64,000 bases of DNA from an uncultured bacterium (GTDB taxonomy: Bacteria > Bacillota > Clostridia > Christensenellales > QALW01). Under the pieces are notes generated by a model. It searched no databases. It was not told the DNA's origin and saw nothing but the letters and a program-made list of their open reading frames with translations. The position numbers were made by a program, and so were the translations under genes. Positions 48,736 through 59,238 of the stretch are shown here, in pieces. The DNA lies in NCBI GenBank assembly GCA_905214315.1, contig CAJMLN010000003.1, forward strand, positions 4,137 through 68,136, written 5' to 3'. Positions within the stretch are counted from its first letter, which is position 1. The number at the start of each line of letters is the position of its first letter.

Positions 48736-50244
48736 ATGAGAAAAATAGCTATTATGGATGTAGGATCAAATAATGCCCGTTTGATTCTTGTTTATATCTA
48801 TGAGAATGGAAGCTATCGGATTGCTGACCAGCTGAAAGAGCCGGTACGGCTGATTTCAGACATGGGGCATGACAATATCATTAAGCCGCGCCGGATTCAG
48901 CAGCTGATTAAAACCATCAATATGTTTAAGCGCCTTTGCGCCGCTAACGATGTGGACGAGATCTATGCCTGCTGCACGGCGGCGGTGAACCGTGCGGCCA
49001 ATCAGCGCAGTTTTTTAGATGAAGTTTATGCCACAACGCAGATTGAGCTGGAGGTGCTTTCTGGCGAAAAGGAAGCTACCCTTGTATATCAAGGGGTTAT
49101 CAATACCATGGATATTGATAGCGGCGTGATTATGGATATCGGCGGCGGAACTACGCAGCTGGTACATTTTGAAAAGCGCAGTATTAGAAATCTTGCGTGC
49201 CTGCCCTTTGGCACGGTGACCCTTACGGAACTGTTTGGTCTGGCGGATAAAGTAAAACAGGAGCAAATCGATGCCATTGAAGATTTTTACCGCCAGCAGC
49301 TGGAAGAAGTGCCGTGGCTTTCTGTCGTGCAGGGGCTTCCGCTGATCGGCGTGGGCGGCTCTTTCAGAAATCTGGGCAAAATTATGCGTATGAAGAGCAA
49401 AAGAGATATCGGTACGCTTCATAACTATAACATACGCGTAAAGGAAATCGATGCTTTGTATGAAAATATGTGCCGGTTGGATTTGGACCGCCGTATGAAA
49501 ATCAAGGGGCTTTCCAATGAGCGGGCGGATATCTTTTTAGCCGCTTTTGCCGCCATTAAAACAACGGTCAATTATATCGGCTGCACGGATATCTTTATCA
49601 GCTGCAGCGGTCTGCGGGAGGGCATTATGTTCCAACAGATCGATCCCCAGCTGGCAGTGAAACCGGTACAGCATGTATTGGACTATTCCCTTGCCAATGT
49701 TTTGGGGCTGTTCCAGGAAAATATTGCCCATGCCAATAATGTGGCCAAGCTTTCGCTTTTGATGTTTGAACAGCTGCGGCAGCTGCACAAGCTCCCCAAT
49801 TCCTATATGCGTATTATCAAAACGGCAGCTACGCTGCACGATATCGGTACGACGATCAAGTATCATGATCACCATAAGCACAGCTTTTATCTGATATTGA
49901 ATTCCAATATTTACGGCCTCAGCCATCGGGAACATCTGATGAGCGCTTTTGTGGCCCTGGCGCATCGCAAGGATGATGTGAAAAAAGAGTGCCAGCGTTA
50001 TTCGGACATGATTACAGCTGACGATGTGGCAATTATCTATAAGCTTGCGGTGCTTGTACGGATTGCCGAAAGCTTTGACAGGGCTATGGCAAATGTGGTG
50101 GAATCGGTTTCCTGTGATATTTTAGGTGATTCCGTTATTATGAAAACACAGGCCACGACGGACGCTTCCCTGGAGATTAAAGACGCGCATACCTGCGGGG
50201 ATATGTTTAAGCGCGCGTATGGAAAAAATCTTGTTATACTTTGA
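48736..50244 (+). CDS. ppx: Ppx/GppA-family exopolyphosphatase / pppGpp phosphohydrolase with HD domain
   Basis: Start MRKIAIMDVGSNNARL after RBS GGAGGAG. ASKHA motifs DIGGGTTQ. C-terminal HD (LHDIGT..HH.H). Confidence 0.85.
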   Translation: MRKIAIMDVGSNNARLILVYIYENGSYRIADQLKEPVRLISDMGHDNIIKPRRIQQLIKTINMFKRLCAANDVDEIYACCTAAVNRAANQRSFLDEVYATTQIELEVLSGEKEATLVYQGVINTMDIDSGVIMDIGGGTTQLVHFEKRSIRNLACLPFGTVTLTELFGLADKVKQEQIDAIEDFYRQQLEEVPWLSVVQGLPLIGVGGSFRNLGKIMRMKSKRDIGTLHNYNIRVKEIDALYENMCRLDLDRRMKIKGLSNERADIFLAAFAAIKTTVNYIGCTDIFISCSGLREGIMFQQIDPQLAVKPVQHVLDYSLANVLGLFQENIAHANNVAKLSLLMFEQLRQLHKLPNSYMRIIKTAATLHDIGTTIKYHDHHKHSFYLILNSNIYGLSHREHLMSAFVALAHRKDDVKKECQRYSDMITADDVAIIYKLAVLVRIAESFDRAMANVVESVSCDILGDSVIMKTQATTDASLEIKDAHTCGDMFKRAYGKNLVIL

Positions 50245-50261
50245 TTTAGGAGAAAGAGCAC

Positions 50262-52469
50262 ATGCGGGTAGTACTTGAAAAAATTTTGCTAAAAAACGGT
50301 ACGGAAATTGCGGCGGGCACACAGCCCGGCGCAAAAGAAGGAACGATCAGTTACGGTATTTTAAAGGCGCATAATACCTGCGCGGATATGAAAAAACTGA
50401 AAATACGGTTTGACGCGCTGGTTTCTCATGATATTACATATGTGGGCATCATTCAGACGGCTCGGGCCAGCGGTCTGAAAAAATTCCCGGTACCCTATGC
50501 GCTGACCAACTGTCATAACAGCCTGTGCGCAGTGGGCGGCACGTTGAACGAGGACGACCATCTTTTTGGCCTTTCCGCGGCAAAAAAGTACGGCGGAATG
50601 TATATTCCACCGCATCTTGCTGTAATTCATTCCTATGCGCGGGAGGAGCTTGCCGCCTGCGGAAGAATGATTTTGGGCTCTGACAGTCATACCCGCTATG
50701 GGGCGCTGGGCACGATGGCGGTCGGTGAGGGCGGACCGGAGCTGGTAAAGCAGCTGCTGGAGCGCACGTATGATATTGATTATCCCCAGGTGATTGCCGT
50801 TTATTTAAAGGGAACGCCGCGGCGCGGCGTAGGCCCACATGACGTTGCGATTGCGCTTTGCAGGGAGGTTTTTGCCTCCGGTGCAGTAAAAAACAAGGTT
50901 CTGGAATTTGTAGGCCCGGGTGTGGAGGGGCTGAGCGTGGATTTCCGCTGCGGCATTGATGTAATGACAACGGAGACCACTTGTTTAAGCTCCATATGGA
51001 AAACGGATGAAAAAGTACATAATTATTATAAAATCCATCAAAGAGAGGAAGACTATACATGTCTTCGGCCTGCTGCGGTTGCGGAATACGACGGGTTGAT
51101 AGAAATTGACCTCGGCGAGATTGAACCAATGATTGCCCTGCCGTTCCATCCGAGCAATGCCTACACCATAAGAGAGTTTAAGGCCAATGCTGAGGAAATT
51201 CTGGCTAAACTGGACGAAGAAATCAAGCAGCAGTATCCCAGCTGTTCCTGCTGTGTTTCAAAAAAACTGGACGCAGAGGGCTTTCATGTAGATCAAGGGG
51301 TCATCGCCGGCTGCGCGGGCGGGATTTTTGAAAACATTACAGCGGCAAATGATATTTTAAAGGGCGGGAATACTGGTAACGGCGCGTTTTCGTTAAGCGT
51401 GTATCCGGCCAGCCAAAGCGTGTATCTGGAGCTTGTACAAAAGGGCGTGATCGGCGATTTAATGGAGACCGGCGCCGTGATTAAAACGGCGTTCTGCGGT
51501 CCGTGCTTCGGTGCGGGCGATGTTCCGGCAAATAACGCGTTCAGCATCCGCCATACCACAAGAAATTTCCCCAACCGTGAGGGCAGTAAGCCCGGGGAGG
51601 GGCAGCTTTCGCTTGTGGCATTGATGGATGCACGCAGTATTGCGGCAACGGCAGCTCAAGGTGGTATTTTAACCGGCGCGGATGAATTGGATATAGAATA
51701 TACGCCTTATGAATATACTTATCACGGCGATATCTATAAAAAACGCGTGTACGACGGCAGGAATCACCCGCTTCCAGAGACGGATCTGATTTTAGGACCT
51801 AATATTGCAGACTGGCCGGCCCTTAAAACCATGCCGCAGCAGGTACTGGTACGCTTGTGCAGCGTGCTGCGGGATGATGTGACAACGACCGACGAGCTGA
51901 TTCCTTCGGGGGAGACCAGTACGCTGCGGTCTAATCCCTATAAGCTTTCCCGCTTTACGCTTTCGAGAAAAGATCCGGAATATGTGGCGTGTGCCGATCA
52001 GGTGGCGGAGATTGAAAATAGTCCGGCACGGGAGCAGCTGTTTGCAAGTTTGAATGCGCTTGACGGCGTGGAAATTACCGATTGTGTGTTTGGCAGCGCT
52101 GTGTTTGCCAATATGCCCGGGGACGGCTCGGCGCGCGAGCAGGCGGCCAGCTGCCAAAAGGTGTTGGGGGGCTGGGCCAATATCGCTATAGAATATGCAA
52201 CCAAGCGCTACAGGAGCAACCTGATCAACTGGGGAATTTTGCCTCTTTTGATCGATAAAATCGGAGCTGAGAAACTGGAAAAGGGTGATTATGTATTCCT
52301 GCCGGAAATTCGCAGCAATCTGGAAAAAGCAGAAAATACTACAAAAGCAATTCTGATTAAAGACGGCAAAGCCGAGGAACTTACGCTTGGTATTGTGCCG
52401 ATGACTAAGGATGAACGGGATATTCTGCTCAGCGGAGGACTGATCAATTACTATTCTGCGCAAAAATAA
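50262..52469 (+). CDS. aconitase-family hydratase (aconitate hydratase-like)
   Basis: 735 aa. GSDSHT and Fe-S cluster ligand region ..CGPCFG.. followed by a swivel domain. Confidence 0.7.
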   Translation: MRVVLEKILLKNGTEIAAGTQPGAKEGTISYGILKAHNTCADMKKLKIRFDALVSHDITYVGIIQTARASGLKKFPVPYALTNCHNSLCAVGGTLNEDDHLFGLSAAKKYGGMYIPPHLAVIHSYAREELAACGRMILGSDSHTRYGALGTMAVGEGGPELVKQLLERTYDIDYPQVIAVYLKGTPRRGVGPHDVAIALCREVFASGAVKNKVLEFVGPGVEGLSVDFRCGIDVMTTETTCLSSIWKTDEKVHNYYKIHQREEDYTCLRPAAVAEYDGLIEIDLGEIEPMIALPFHPSNAYTIREFKANAEEILAKLDEEIKQQYPSCSCCVSKKLDAEGFHVDQGVIAGCAGGIFENITAANDILKGGNTGNGAFSLSVYPASQSVYLELVQKGVIGDLMETGAVIKTAFCGPCFGAGDVPANNAFSIRHTTRNFPNREGSKPGEGQLSLVALMDARSIAATAAQGGILTGADELDIEYTPYEYTYHGDIYKKRVYDGRNHPLPETDLILGPNIADWPALKTMPQQVLVRLCSVLRDDVTTTDELIPSGETSTLRSNPYKLSRFTLSRKDPEYVACADQVAEIENSPAREQLFASLNALDGVEITDCVFGSAVFANMPGDGSAREQAASCQKVLGGWANIAIEYATKRYRSNLINWGILPLLIDKIGAEKLEKGDYVFLPEIRSNLEKAENTTKAILIKDGKAEELTLGIVPMTKDERDILLSGGLINYYSAQK

Positions 52470-52484
52470 CAGGAGGATGTTTGA

Positions 52485-53486
52485 ATGGGATTTTTTACTC
52501 GTGATTTGGGTATTGATCTGGGAACCGCCAATACGCTGGTGTATTTGCGGGGAAAGGGGATTATTATAAGGGAGCCCAGTGTTGTTGCGGTCAAAGTTTC
52601 CGGCAGCCGGAAGGAAGTCTTGGCTGTGGGAGAACAAGCTAAAAGTATGCTGGGGAGGACGCCGGGGAATATTATTGCGGTAAAGCCTTTGCGTGACGGC
52701 GTAATTGCCGATTTTGACATTACGGCGGCGATGCTTTCGGATATTATTCACCGTGCGATGCCGAGGGCCTTTTCCCTTACGCGCACGCGCGTTGTGATCT
52801 GCGTGCCCTGCGGTGTTACCGGGGTGGAACGTAAGGCTGTTGAAGATGCGGCGAAGAATGCGGGCGCCAGCCATGTGGTGATTATGGAAGAGCCGAAAGC
52901 CAGTGCCATCGGTGCGGGATTGCCGGTAAATGAGCCCGCGGGAAGTATGATTGTGGATATCGGCGGCGGCTCCAGTGAAATGGCGGTGATTTCTTTAGGA
53001 GGAATTGTAGTTTCAAAATCACTTCGGATTGCGGGGAATAAGCTGGATGATTCGATTACTAATTTTGTAAAAAAGGAATTCAATCTCGCAATCGGTGAAC
53101 GTACTGCAGAAGAGATTAAAATTCAAATTGGTTCGGCATATCCTACAGGAGAGGAATATTCTATGGATATCAGAGGGCGCGATCTGATATCGGGGCTGCC
53201 TAAAACGGTTACCATTACCTCTGCGCATGTGCGGGAGGCCTTGCGGGAACCGTTGATGGCGATTATTGACGCTATTAAAGTTACCTTGGAAGATACTCCG
53301 CCGGAGCTGGCGGCTGATATTATGGAACGCGGTATTTATTTAGCCGGAGGCGGCGCGCTGCTGGGCGGCATGGATACGTTGATTAAGTATGAAACCGGTA
53401 TGCCGGTAGTGATTGCAGACTCTCCGCTGGACTGCGTTGTAAACGGCGCGGGCAAGGCGTTGGAGGATCTGGATTATTTAACGTAA
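52485..53486 (+). CDS. mreB: rod shape-determining protein MreB
   Basis: GIDLGTANT, DIGGGSSE and LAGGGALL motifs. Confidence 0.96.
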   Translation: MGFFTRDLGIDLGTANTLVYLRGKGIIIREPSVVAVKVSGSRKEVLAVGEQAKSMLGRTPGNIIAVKPLRDGVIADFDITAAMLSDIIHRAMPRAFSLTRTRVVICVPCGVTGVERKAVEDAAKNAGASHVVIMEEPKASAIGAGLPVNEPAGSMIVDIGGGSSEMAVISLGGIVVSKSLRIAGNKLDDSITNFVKKEFNLAIGERTAEEIKIQIGSAYPTGEEYSMDIRGRDLISGLPKTVTITSAHVREALREPLMAIIDAIKVTLEDTPPELAADIMERGIYLAGGGALLGGMDTLIKYETGMPVVIADSPLDCVVNGAGKALEDLDYLT

Positions 53487-53499
53487 ACGGAGACGGCCG

Positions 53500-54339
53500 A
53501 TGAAAAGTCTTGGGCGCAAACGCATTAAAATTATCAAATATATTTCTATAAGTCTTGCAATTGTCATAACGCTGCTGATTCTTATGTTCAACAGCGGCGT
53601 TGCTGTGCTCAGGCAAATATCAGGTTATGTGGTGAATCCTGTTATCAAGGCGGCAGATGCTACGCTTGATGGAATCGGTAACTTTTTTGCCAGCTTCGGT
53701 TCCCGAATGCGCCTGAAGGAAGAATTGGCCGCAGCTCAGGAAAAACTGATGCAGTTTGAAAATATTCAGTCGGTTGCCGATGAGGTGAAGGCGGAAAACA
53801 ATCAGCTGATGGCGTTGCTGGGGGAGAGTGAAAAATACCCTGAATTTGAATATCAGTATGCGAAAGTCATTCTCCGCAGCGTGGATGACTACAGCGCTAC
53901 ATATACATTGAATAAAGGTGAAAATGACGGAATCAGGGCTAATATGGTAGTAATATCTTACGGCGGCCTGGCGGGAAAGATTATTGAAACTACCGGAGAT
54001 ACTTCCATTTTACTTGCAATTACGGATTCCCGCTGCGGCGTGCCCGCGCTTTCGGAGGCCAGCCGGGATATGGGGATTGTGAAAGGTGTGAGTGATTCCG
54101 GCACAACCGCCGGCTACTGTGTTATGACGGAATTGCCTACCAATGCGATTATCAAGCCGGGGGATACCGTTATTACCTCTGGCATGGGAGAGGTATTTCC
54201 GAAAGGAATTACGGTGGGAACGATTACCGAGGTTTCCAAGGGAAATTTGAACCAGATCAATTCTTCTGCCCGTTTGACCCCTGCCGTAGATTTTGATCAT
54301 TTGGAAAATGTTTTGATTATAACAAATACGGGAGAATGA
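53500..54339 (+). CDS. mreC: rod shape-determining protein MreC
   Basis: N-terminal TM segment, coiled coil (ENNQL), beta-barrel domain ..VITSG..G.FPKGI.VG. Confidence 0.9.
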   Translation: MKSLGRKRIKIIKYISISLAIVITLLILMFNSGVAVLRQISGYVVNPVIKAADATLDGIGNFFASFGSRMRLKEELAAAQEKLMQFENIQSVADEVKAENNQLMALLGESEKYPEFEYQYAKVILRSVDDYSATYTLNKGENDGIRANMVVISYGGLAGKIIETTGDTSILLAITDSRCGVPALSEASRDMGIVKGVSDSGTTAGYCVMTELPTNAIIKPGDTVITSGMGEVFPKGITVGTITEVSKGNLNQINSSARLTPAVDFDHLENVLIITNTGE

Positions 54340-54343
54340 ACAC

Positions 54344-54868
54344 ATGCGTACTTTTGTGATTATTCTTTTATCAGCGGGTTCTTTTTTTGCACATATCATT
54401 CTTTCACCTCTTCTTGGCATTTTCGGGGCAAAAATAGATTTTATTATGCTGAATCTTGTGGGCTTGGCATTTTTTACAAAAAAGTGGTATCCGCCGGTAT
54501 TGGCTGGCGTTTATTCGGGTATTTTAGTGGATATTACGACGCAGGCGGGCACTTATATCAATACGGGGATGTATCTTGCACTGGCTGTCCTTGCCGTAAT
54601 TGCCATAAAAATTATCAAGCAAAATTACTATGTGCTGTTCATTTTTTCGGTATTCGTTGCCGTATGCGTAAAGCATTTCCTTTTGATTTTTGTACTTTAT
54701 ATCATGCGGTTGTCGGAAAGCGCCTCTTTCATGACTTTTGTACACGGTCTGCCTTCGGCGCTTTATACGGCGGTAATTTCTGCGGGGACATATTTTATTC
54801 TAAAAAAGATATTTTCGTTGAATTTTATGCAGGAAAATCCTACAGAACGCAATAAGTATGTTTTTTAG
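54344..54868 (+). CDS. mreD: rod shape-determining protein MreD
   Basis: Polytopic small membrane protein located directly after mreC. Confidence 0.8.
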   Translation: MRTFVIILLSAGSFFAHIILSPLLGIFGAKIDFIMLNLVGLAFFTKKWYPPVLAGVYSGILVDITTQAGTYINTGMYLALAVLAVIAIKIIKQNYYVLFIFSVFVAVCVKHFLLIFVLYIMRLSESASFMTFVHGLPSALYTAVISAGTYFILKKIFSLNFMQENPTERNKYVF

Positions 54869-54878
54869 GTGGTGAAAA

Positions 54879-57380
54879 ATGAAGCTTTTAAAGGGAGAAG
54901 AGAATAAGCAGGGAATGGAACGCCGCAGTCTGATCATCATCGGGGCGTTTCTGGTTGCGTTTATCGTGCTTGTCTGCTCTCTTGCAGATTTGCAGCTGAT
55001 TAACGCTGCGGAATATAAAGCTGCCTCAAATATTAAGCGTACGCGTACGCTTAAGGTAGAAGGAACGCGCGGAAAGATTTTAGATGCCAACGGAATCCCT
55101 CTTGCCCAGGATGAGGTAAGTTATAATTTGGAATTTTACAGGGAATACAATTTGAAATCCGAACGGCAGATGTATACGGATTCCATTATTTTTGCCATAG
55201 AGCTGATGAATAAATACGGCCGGGATATCCAGCCTTCCTTTGCTATTACTAAAAATGAAAACGGCGAGTATGTGTTTGATTGGGGCAATGTCAGCAGTTC
55301 AGTGGCTGCTACGCGCGAGAAGACTTGGCGCAGCGATTTTTATTTTGCCGATACCAAAGGCCTTGCTAAAAATTGTGAGCAGATGTACAATGAAATGCGT
55401 GAGCGATATTGTATTCCCGAGGATATGGACGATACTATGGCTTTTAAAGTGCTGGGAATCTGGCAGGACAGTATCCAATCATATTGGGCGTCGAAATCTA
55501 TAACGGTATTGAAAAATATCAGTCTGGATCTGGTTACTGCCATTGAGAGCTACAGCTATGAGTTGGCTGGTTTTAATATTACGGAAAAATCGCTCAGGGT
55601 TTATCCACAGGGGACGGTTGCCAGCCATATTGTAGGGTATTTGGGACGGATTACGGCGGAAAATGTTGAATATTATAAGGAACTTTCCTATGATATTGAA
55701 AGCCTGGTGGGCGTTTCCGGCATTGAAAAGGAAATGGAAGCGTATTTGACCGGAAGCAGCGGTGCGCGGGTGGGTTCCCGTGAGGTAGAAGTGACCAATG
55801 GCGGTAGAATTTTAAGCGAGCTTTCCTATGTTCCGCCTAAGAGCGGCGACAATGTATATCTGACGATTGATATCAACTTGCAGCGGGTAGCGGAGGAAGC
55901 GCTGCGGCAGAATATCGCTGAGATCAACCAGCGGCAGTATGAAATTTATAATGCCGATACGGCCCGGTATCAGCGGCTGGTGGAGGAACGCGGGGGAAAA
56001 GAGGTTCAGTTTGCAAAGGTCGGCGCCGTGGTGGTGATGGATGTCAATACCTGTGATGTGCTGGCACTGGTCAGCGAGCCGAACTATGATGCCAATTTAT
56101 TTTCCCAGGGGATTTCCCAGGCCGAATATGATGCCATTGTGAATGATGAAACCAAACCGTTGTTTAACAAGGCAATCAGCGCGTCGGATACGCCGGGCTC
56201 CATTTTCAAGCTTTGCGTGGCGCTGGCGGGGCTTGAAGAGGGTGCGATTACGGTGGATGAAGAAATTCATGACTACGGCGAATATCGCAAATATGTGGGC
56301 GAAAGCGATAAGCGCGGCCCGATGTGCGGCTGGTACAGGGATTCGCATTACCGTTCTACGCACGGCTCCATTAACGTGATCAGTGCTATCAACTATTCCT
56401 GCAACTATTTCTTTTATGAGGTAGCCGATCGGTTGGGAATTGAAAAAATCAAAAAATGGGCCTCGAATTTTGGTCTTCTGGATAAGACGAATATTGAGCT
56501 TACCGGTGAAAAAGTAGGTATTGTGGGCGATCAGAAAACAATTTATGACAGTGAACGCGAGGTTTCCGATCAAGACACTAGTCTGCCGTATCTGGTATTT
56601 AAATCCATTCGGACACAGTTGGTGGAATGCGCCGCAAAATCGGAGAAAACGCTTACCGATGCAGAGATCAATTCCATTATATCACAGTGTTTTGCTTTGA
56701 TCGGCCGCTCCAGAAATGAGGTTTATTCCGAGATTACTAAAATTCTGGTAAACGGTTACGGACTTTCCAGCGCTTATGTGAATTCTGTTACCAAATATGA
56801 AATATACAGTTATCTTGTACAGATTACCTGGACGCCGACGAATACCATACAAACGGGAATCGGCCAAAGCATTACTACGGTGACGCCAATCGCGGTGGCC
56901 AGATATATATCAGCCATTGTAAACGGCGGGTATGTATATGACGCGCATATTGTGGAAAAGGTAACCTCCAGTACCGGAGAACTGATTTATGAACAGCAGC
57001 CTACGCTGGTACGCAAGCTGGATATTAAACCGGAGCATTTAGCCGCGGTAAAGCAGGGAATGAAGGAAATGGTTTCCGAATCAGAAGATCCCTATGCTTC
57101 TACGGCGAGGAATTTCTTTAAAAACTTTAAGTATAATGAAGAGATGGGCGGCAAAACGGGTACAGCGCAGGTTTCTAATATCAATATTGAAGATAATGCC
57201 TGGTTTGTGGCGTTTGCTCCGTATGAGAATCCGGAAATTGCGGTGGTTGTGTATATTCCCAACGGTTATTCAGGATCGCGTGCCAGCAGTACGGTAAAAT
57301 CGATTGTGGAATATTATCTGGATATGAAATATGCGACCGAGGATGATTCTGTTCCCGGTGAAAATACAGTAGTGTATTAA
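54879..57380 (+). CDS. penicillin-binding protein 2 (class B transpeptidase)
   Basis: TM anchor, then PGSIFK (SxxK), YSCN (SxN) and KTGTA motifs. Confidence 0.9.
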   Translation: MKLLKGEENKQGMERRSLIIIGAFLVAFIVLVCSLADLQLINAAEYKAASNIKRTRTLKVEGTRGKILDANGIPLAQDEVSYNLEFYREYNLKSERQMYTDSIIFAIELMNKYGRDIQPSFAITKNENGEYVFDWGNVSSSVAATREKTWRSDFYFADTKGLAKNCEQMYNEMRERYCIPEDMDDTMAFKVLGIWQDSIQSYWASKSITVLKNISLDLVTAIESYSYELAGFNITEKSLRVYPQGTVASHIVGYLGRITAENVEYYKELSYDIESLVGVSGIEKEMEAYLTGSSGARVGSREVEVTNGGRILSELSYVPPKSGDNVYLTIDINLQRVAEEALRQNIAEINQRQYEIYNADTARYQRLVEERGGKEVQFAKVGAVVVMDVNTCDVLALVSEPNYDANLFSQGISQAEYDAIVNDETKPLFNKAISASDTPGSIFKLCVALAGLEEGAITVDEEIHDYGEYRKYVGESDKRGPMCGWYRDSHYRSTHGSINVISAINYSCNYFFYEVADRLGIEKIKKWASNFGLLDKTNIELTGEKVGIVGDQKTIYDSEREVSDQDTSLPYLVFKSIRTQLVECAAKSEKTLTDAEINSIISQCFALIGRSRNEVYSEITKILVNGYGLSSAYVNSVTKYEIYSYLVQITWTPTNTIQTGIGQSITTVTPIAVARYISAIVNGGYVYDAHIVEKVTSSTGELIYEQQPTLVRKLDIKPEHLAAVKQGMKEMVSESEDPYASTARNFFKNFKYNEEMGGKTGTAQVSNINIEDNAWFVAFAPYENPEIAVVVYIPNGYSGSRASSTVKSIVEYYLDMKYATEDDSVPGENTVVY

Positions 57381-57389
57381 GGAGAGCTT

Positions 57390-58535
57390 ATGGGATATAC
57401 GAAAAGAAACCCGAAGAGCCGGCGCAGGTTTCCGGCCGGAATTGTTTTGATTGCTTTTTTGCTGCTGGCAATCCTTGCGGGTATTTTGCTGTTTGTTCTG
57501 CCCGGTAAAACTGCGCTTGCCTATACGGTTCTTTATACCGGTCTTTCTGCCGAAGGTTTGCTGGTGCGCAGTGAGACGACTACGCCTTTGGATGAATATG
57601 AAAAAATCGATTATGAAAATATGATCGACGGGCAGTTTGTCCAAAGCGGAAGTAAAATTGCCACCGCATATAAAAAGGGATATATCAAAAACACGCTTTC
57701 CAAGCTTTCGGATACGCAGGAGAGCATTGTGACCTATCAGAACCAGAATATTATACAGAGTTTTGACGATCGCACCATTGCCAAGCTGGATTTTGAAATT
57801 TCAGTGGCAATCCGGAAGATGGCGGAAAACACACAGGGATATATTGAACTTTACGGGGAGCTTTGCCGGCTGGTGGAACAGCGCCACAGCTATATCCGTG
57901 AAAATTTCAATACAGATTCCAATACGTATCTTCAGGGGCTTTACAGCGATGAAAAGAATTTGCTGGAATCGTTAAGGGCCTGGTGCGATGAATTTACCGC
58001 GCCGGCGGACGGATATATTGGCTTTTACTGCGACGGGTTTGAAAATACGCTGAGTGCCGAGCAGCTTGCTGCGGTAAAGCCGGCGGAACTGAAGGGATAT
58101 CTTCAGGCGGACTATAATAAAAATATCAATGCCTTTAAGCTGGTTACTGAACCCAAGTGGTATGTCGCCATTGTAACGGATCAGATATCCGCCTTTCAGC
58201 AGGGAATGCATTATCCGGTTTTTATCGGCAATGCCGAGGAGAGCGAGATCGGCTGTCTGGAAAGTATTGTTACGGAAAGAAACAGTAGCGTTCTTGTATT
58301 CAGTTTTGAAAAAAATGTAGAAAAATATTTGGATATCCGGACGGCAACTGTCCATATCGGGGAGCGCTTTGCGGGGTATTCCGTACCTTCCTCCTATGTG
58401 AAAAATGGGACGGTAACAGTAAAGAACGAGCAGGGAAAACAGGAAACGGCGGTAGAGGTGCTCTATGATAACGGCGAGACGGCTATTTTGCAGGAAACGC
58501 CTGTACTTAAGGTAGGGCAGAGGGTATATCAATGA
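57390..58535 (+). CDS. hypothetical N-terminally anchored membrane protein (HlyD/membrane-fusion-like architecture)
   Basis: 381 aa. Basic N-terminus plus one TM segment, a lipoyl-like hairpin segment (..GQFVQSGSKIATAY..), a central region that looks helical by eye, and a beta-rich C-terminus. Confidence 0.5.
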   Translation: MGYTKRNPKSRRRFPAGIVLIAFLLLAILAGILLFVLPGKTALAYTVLYTGLSAEGLLVRSETTTPLDEYEKIDYENMIDGQFVQSGSKIATAYKKGYIKNTLSKLSDTQESIVTYQNQNIIQSFDDRTIAKLDFEISVAIRKMAENTQGYIELYGELCRLVEQRHSYIRENFNTDSNTYLQGLYSDEKNLLESLRAWCDEFTAPADGYIGFYCDGFENTLSAEQLAAVKPAELKGYLQADYNKNINAFKLVTEPKWYVAIVTDQISAFQQGMHYPVFIGNAEESEIGCLESIVTERNSSVLVFSFEKNVEKYLDIRTATVHIGERFAGYSVPSSYVKNGTVTVKNEQGKQETAVEVLYDNGETAILQETPVLKVGQRVYQ

Positions 58536-59224
58536 ATTTGCGGCAAAGATACTTCCATATATGTGAAAATGTACAAAAAGCCTGCGATGCCTGCGGAAGA
58601 GCCTTTGACGAGGTTGAAATTATAGCGGTGACAAAGACCCGAACCGTGCAGGAGATCAACGAGGCGGTGGCTTTGGGGATAAAGACCATAGGGGAAAACA
58701 GGGTGCAGGAGCTTTTGGAAAAATATGAAAATCTTGATTCCCGTGCGTCCGTACATCTGATCGGTCAGCTGCAGACGAATAAGGTAAAATATATTATCGG
58801 TAAAGTGGATATGATTCATTCGCTGGACAGAATTTCTTTGGCACAGCAGCTTGATAAAACGGTACAGAAGACCGGTGCGGATCCGATGAGAGTTTTGATA
58901 GAGGTAAATATAGGTAATGAACCTACAAAATCTGGCGTTCTGCCAGAGAATTTATCAGAATATCTTGACAGTTTGCAAAATTTTAGGTATATTAAACCCA
59001 TAGGTCTTATGACGGTGGCACCCGCGCAGGCTTCTGAGCTTGAATTGGAGCGGTATTTTGCGCGGATGTGTCAGCTGCTGGAGCAGGGGAAAGAGCGATT
59101 TGGCAGCGACTTTACCCAGCTTTCCATGGGGATGAGCCATGATTATGAGGCGGCGGTTCGTCAGGGGGCTACGATGATACGGATCGGTACTGCGCTTTTT
59201 GGGCAAAGAAATTATAATATTTAG
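58532..59224 (+). CDS. yggS: YggS-family pyridoxal-phosphate homeostasis protein
   Basis: PLP-lysine region IIAVTKT, HLIGQLQTNK and SMGMSHDYE motifs. Confidence 0.92.
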   Translation: MNLRQRYFHICENVQKACDACGRAFDEVEIIAVTKTRTVQEINEAVALGIKTIGENRVQELLEKYENLDSRASVHLIGQLQTNKVKYIIGKVDMIHSLDRISLAQQLDKTVQKTGADPMRVLIEVNIGNEPTKSGVLPENLSEYLDSLQNFRYIKPIGLMTVAPAQASELELERYFARMCQLLEQGKERFGSDFTQLSMGMSHDYEAAVRQGATMIRIGTALFGQRNYNI

Positions 59225-59238
59225 GGGGATTACGGCAG

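Noticed and set aside
51792-52874. 360-aa minus-strand ORF spanning the aconitase-family gene end and the mreB start
   Set aside because: Antisense to two well-supported genes, crosses their intergenic region, and has an Arg/Asn/Ile-rich low-complexity translation.
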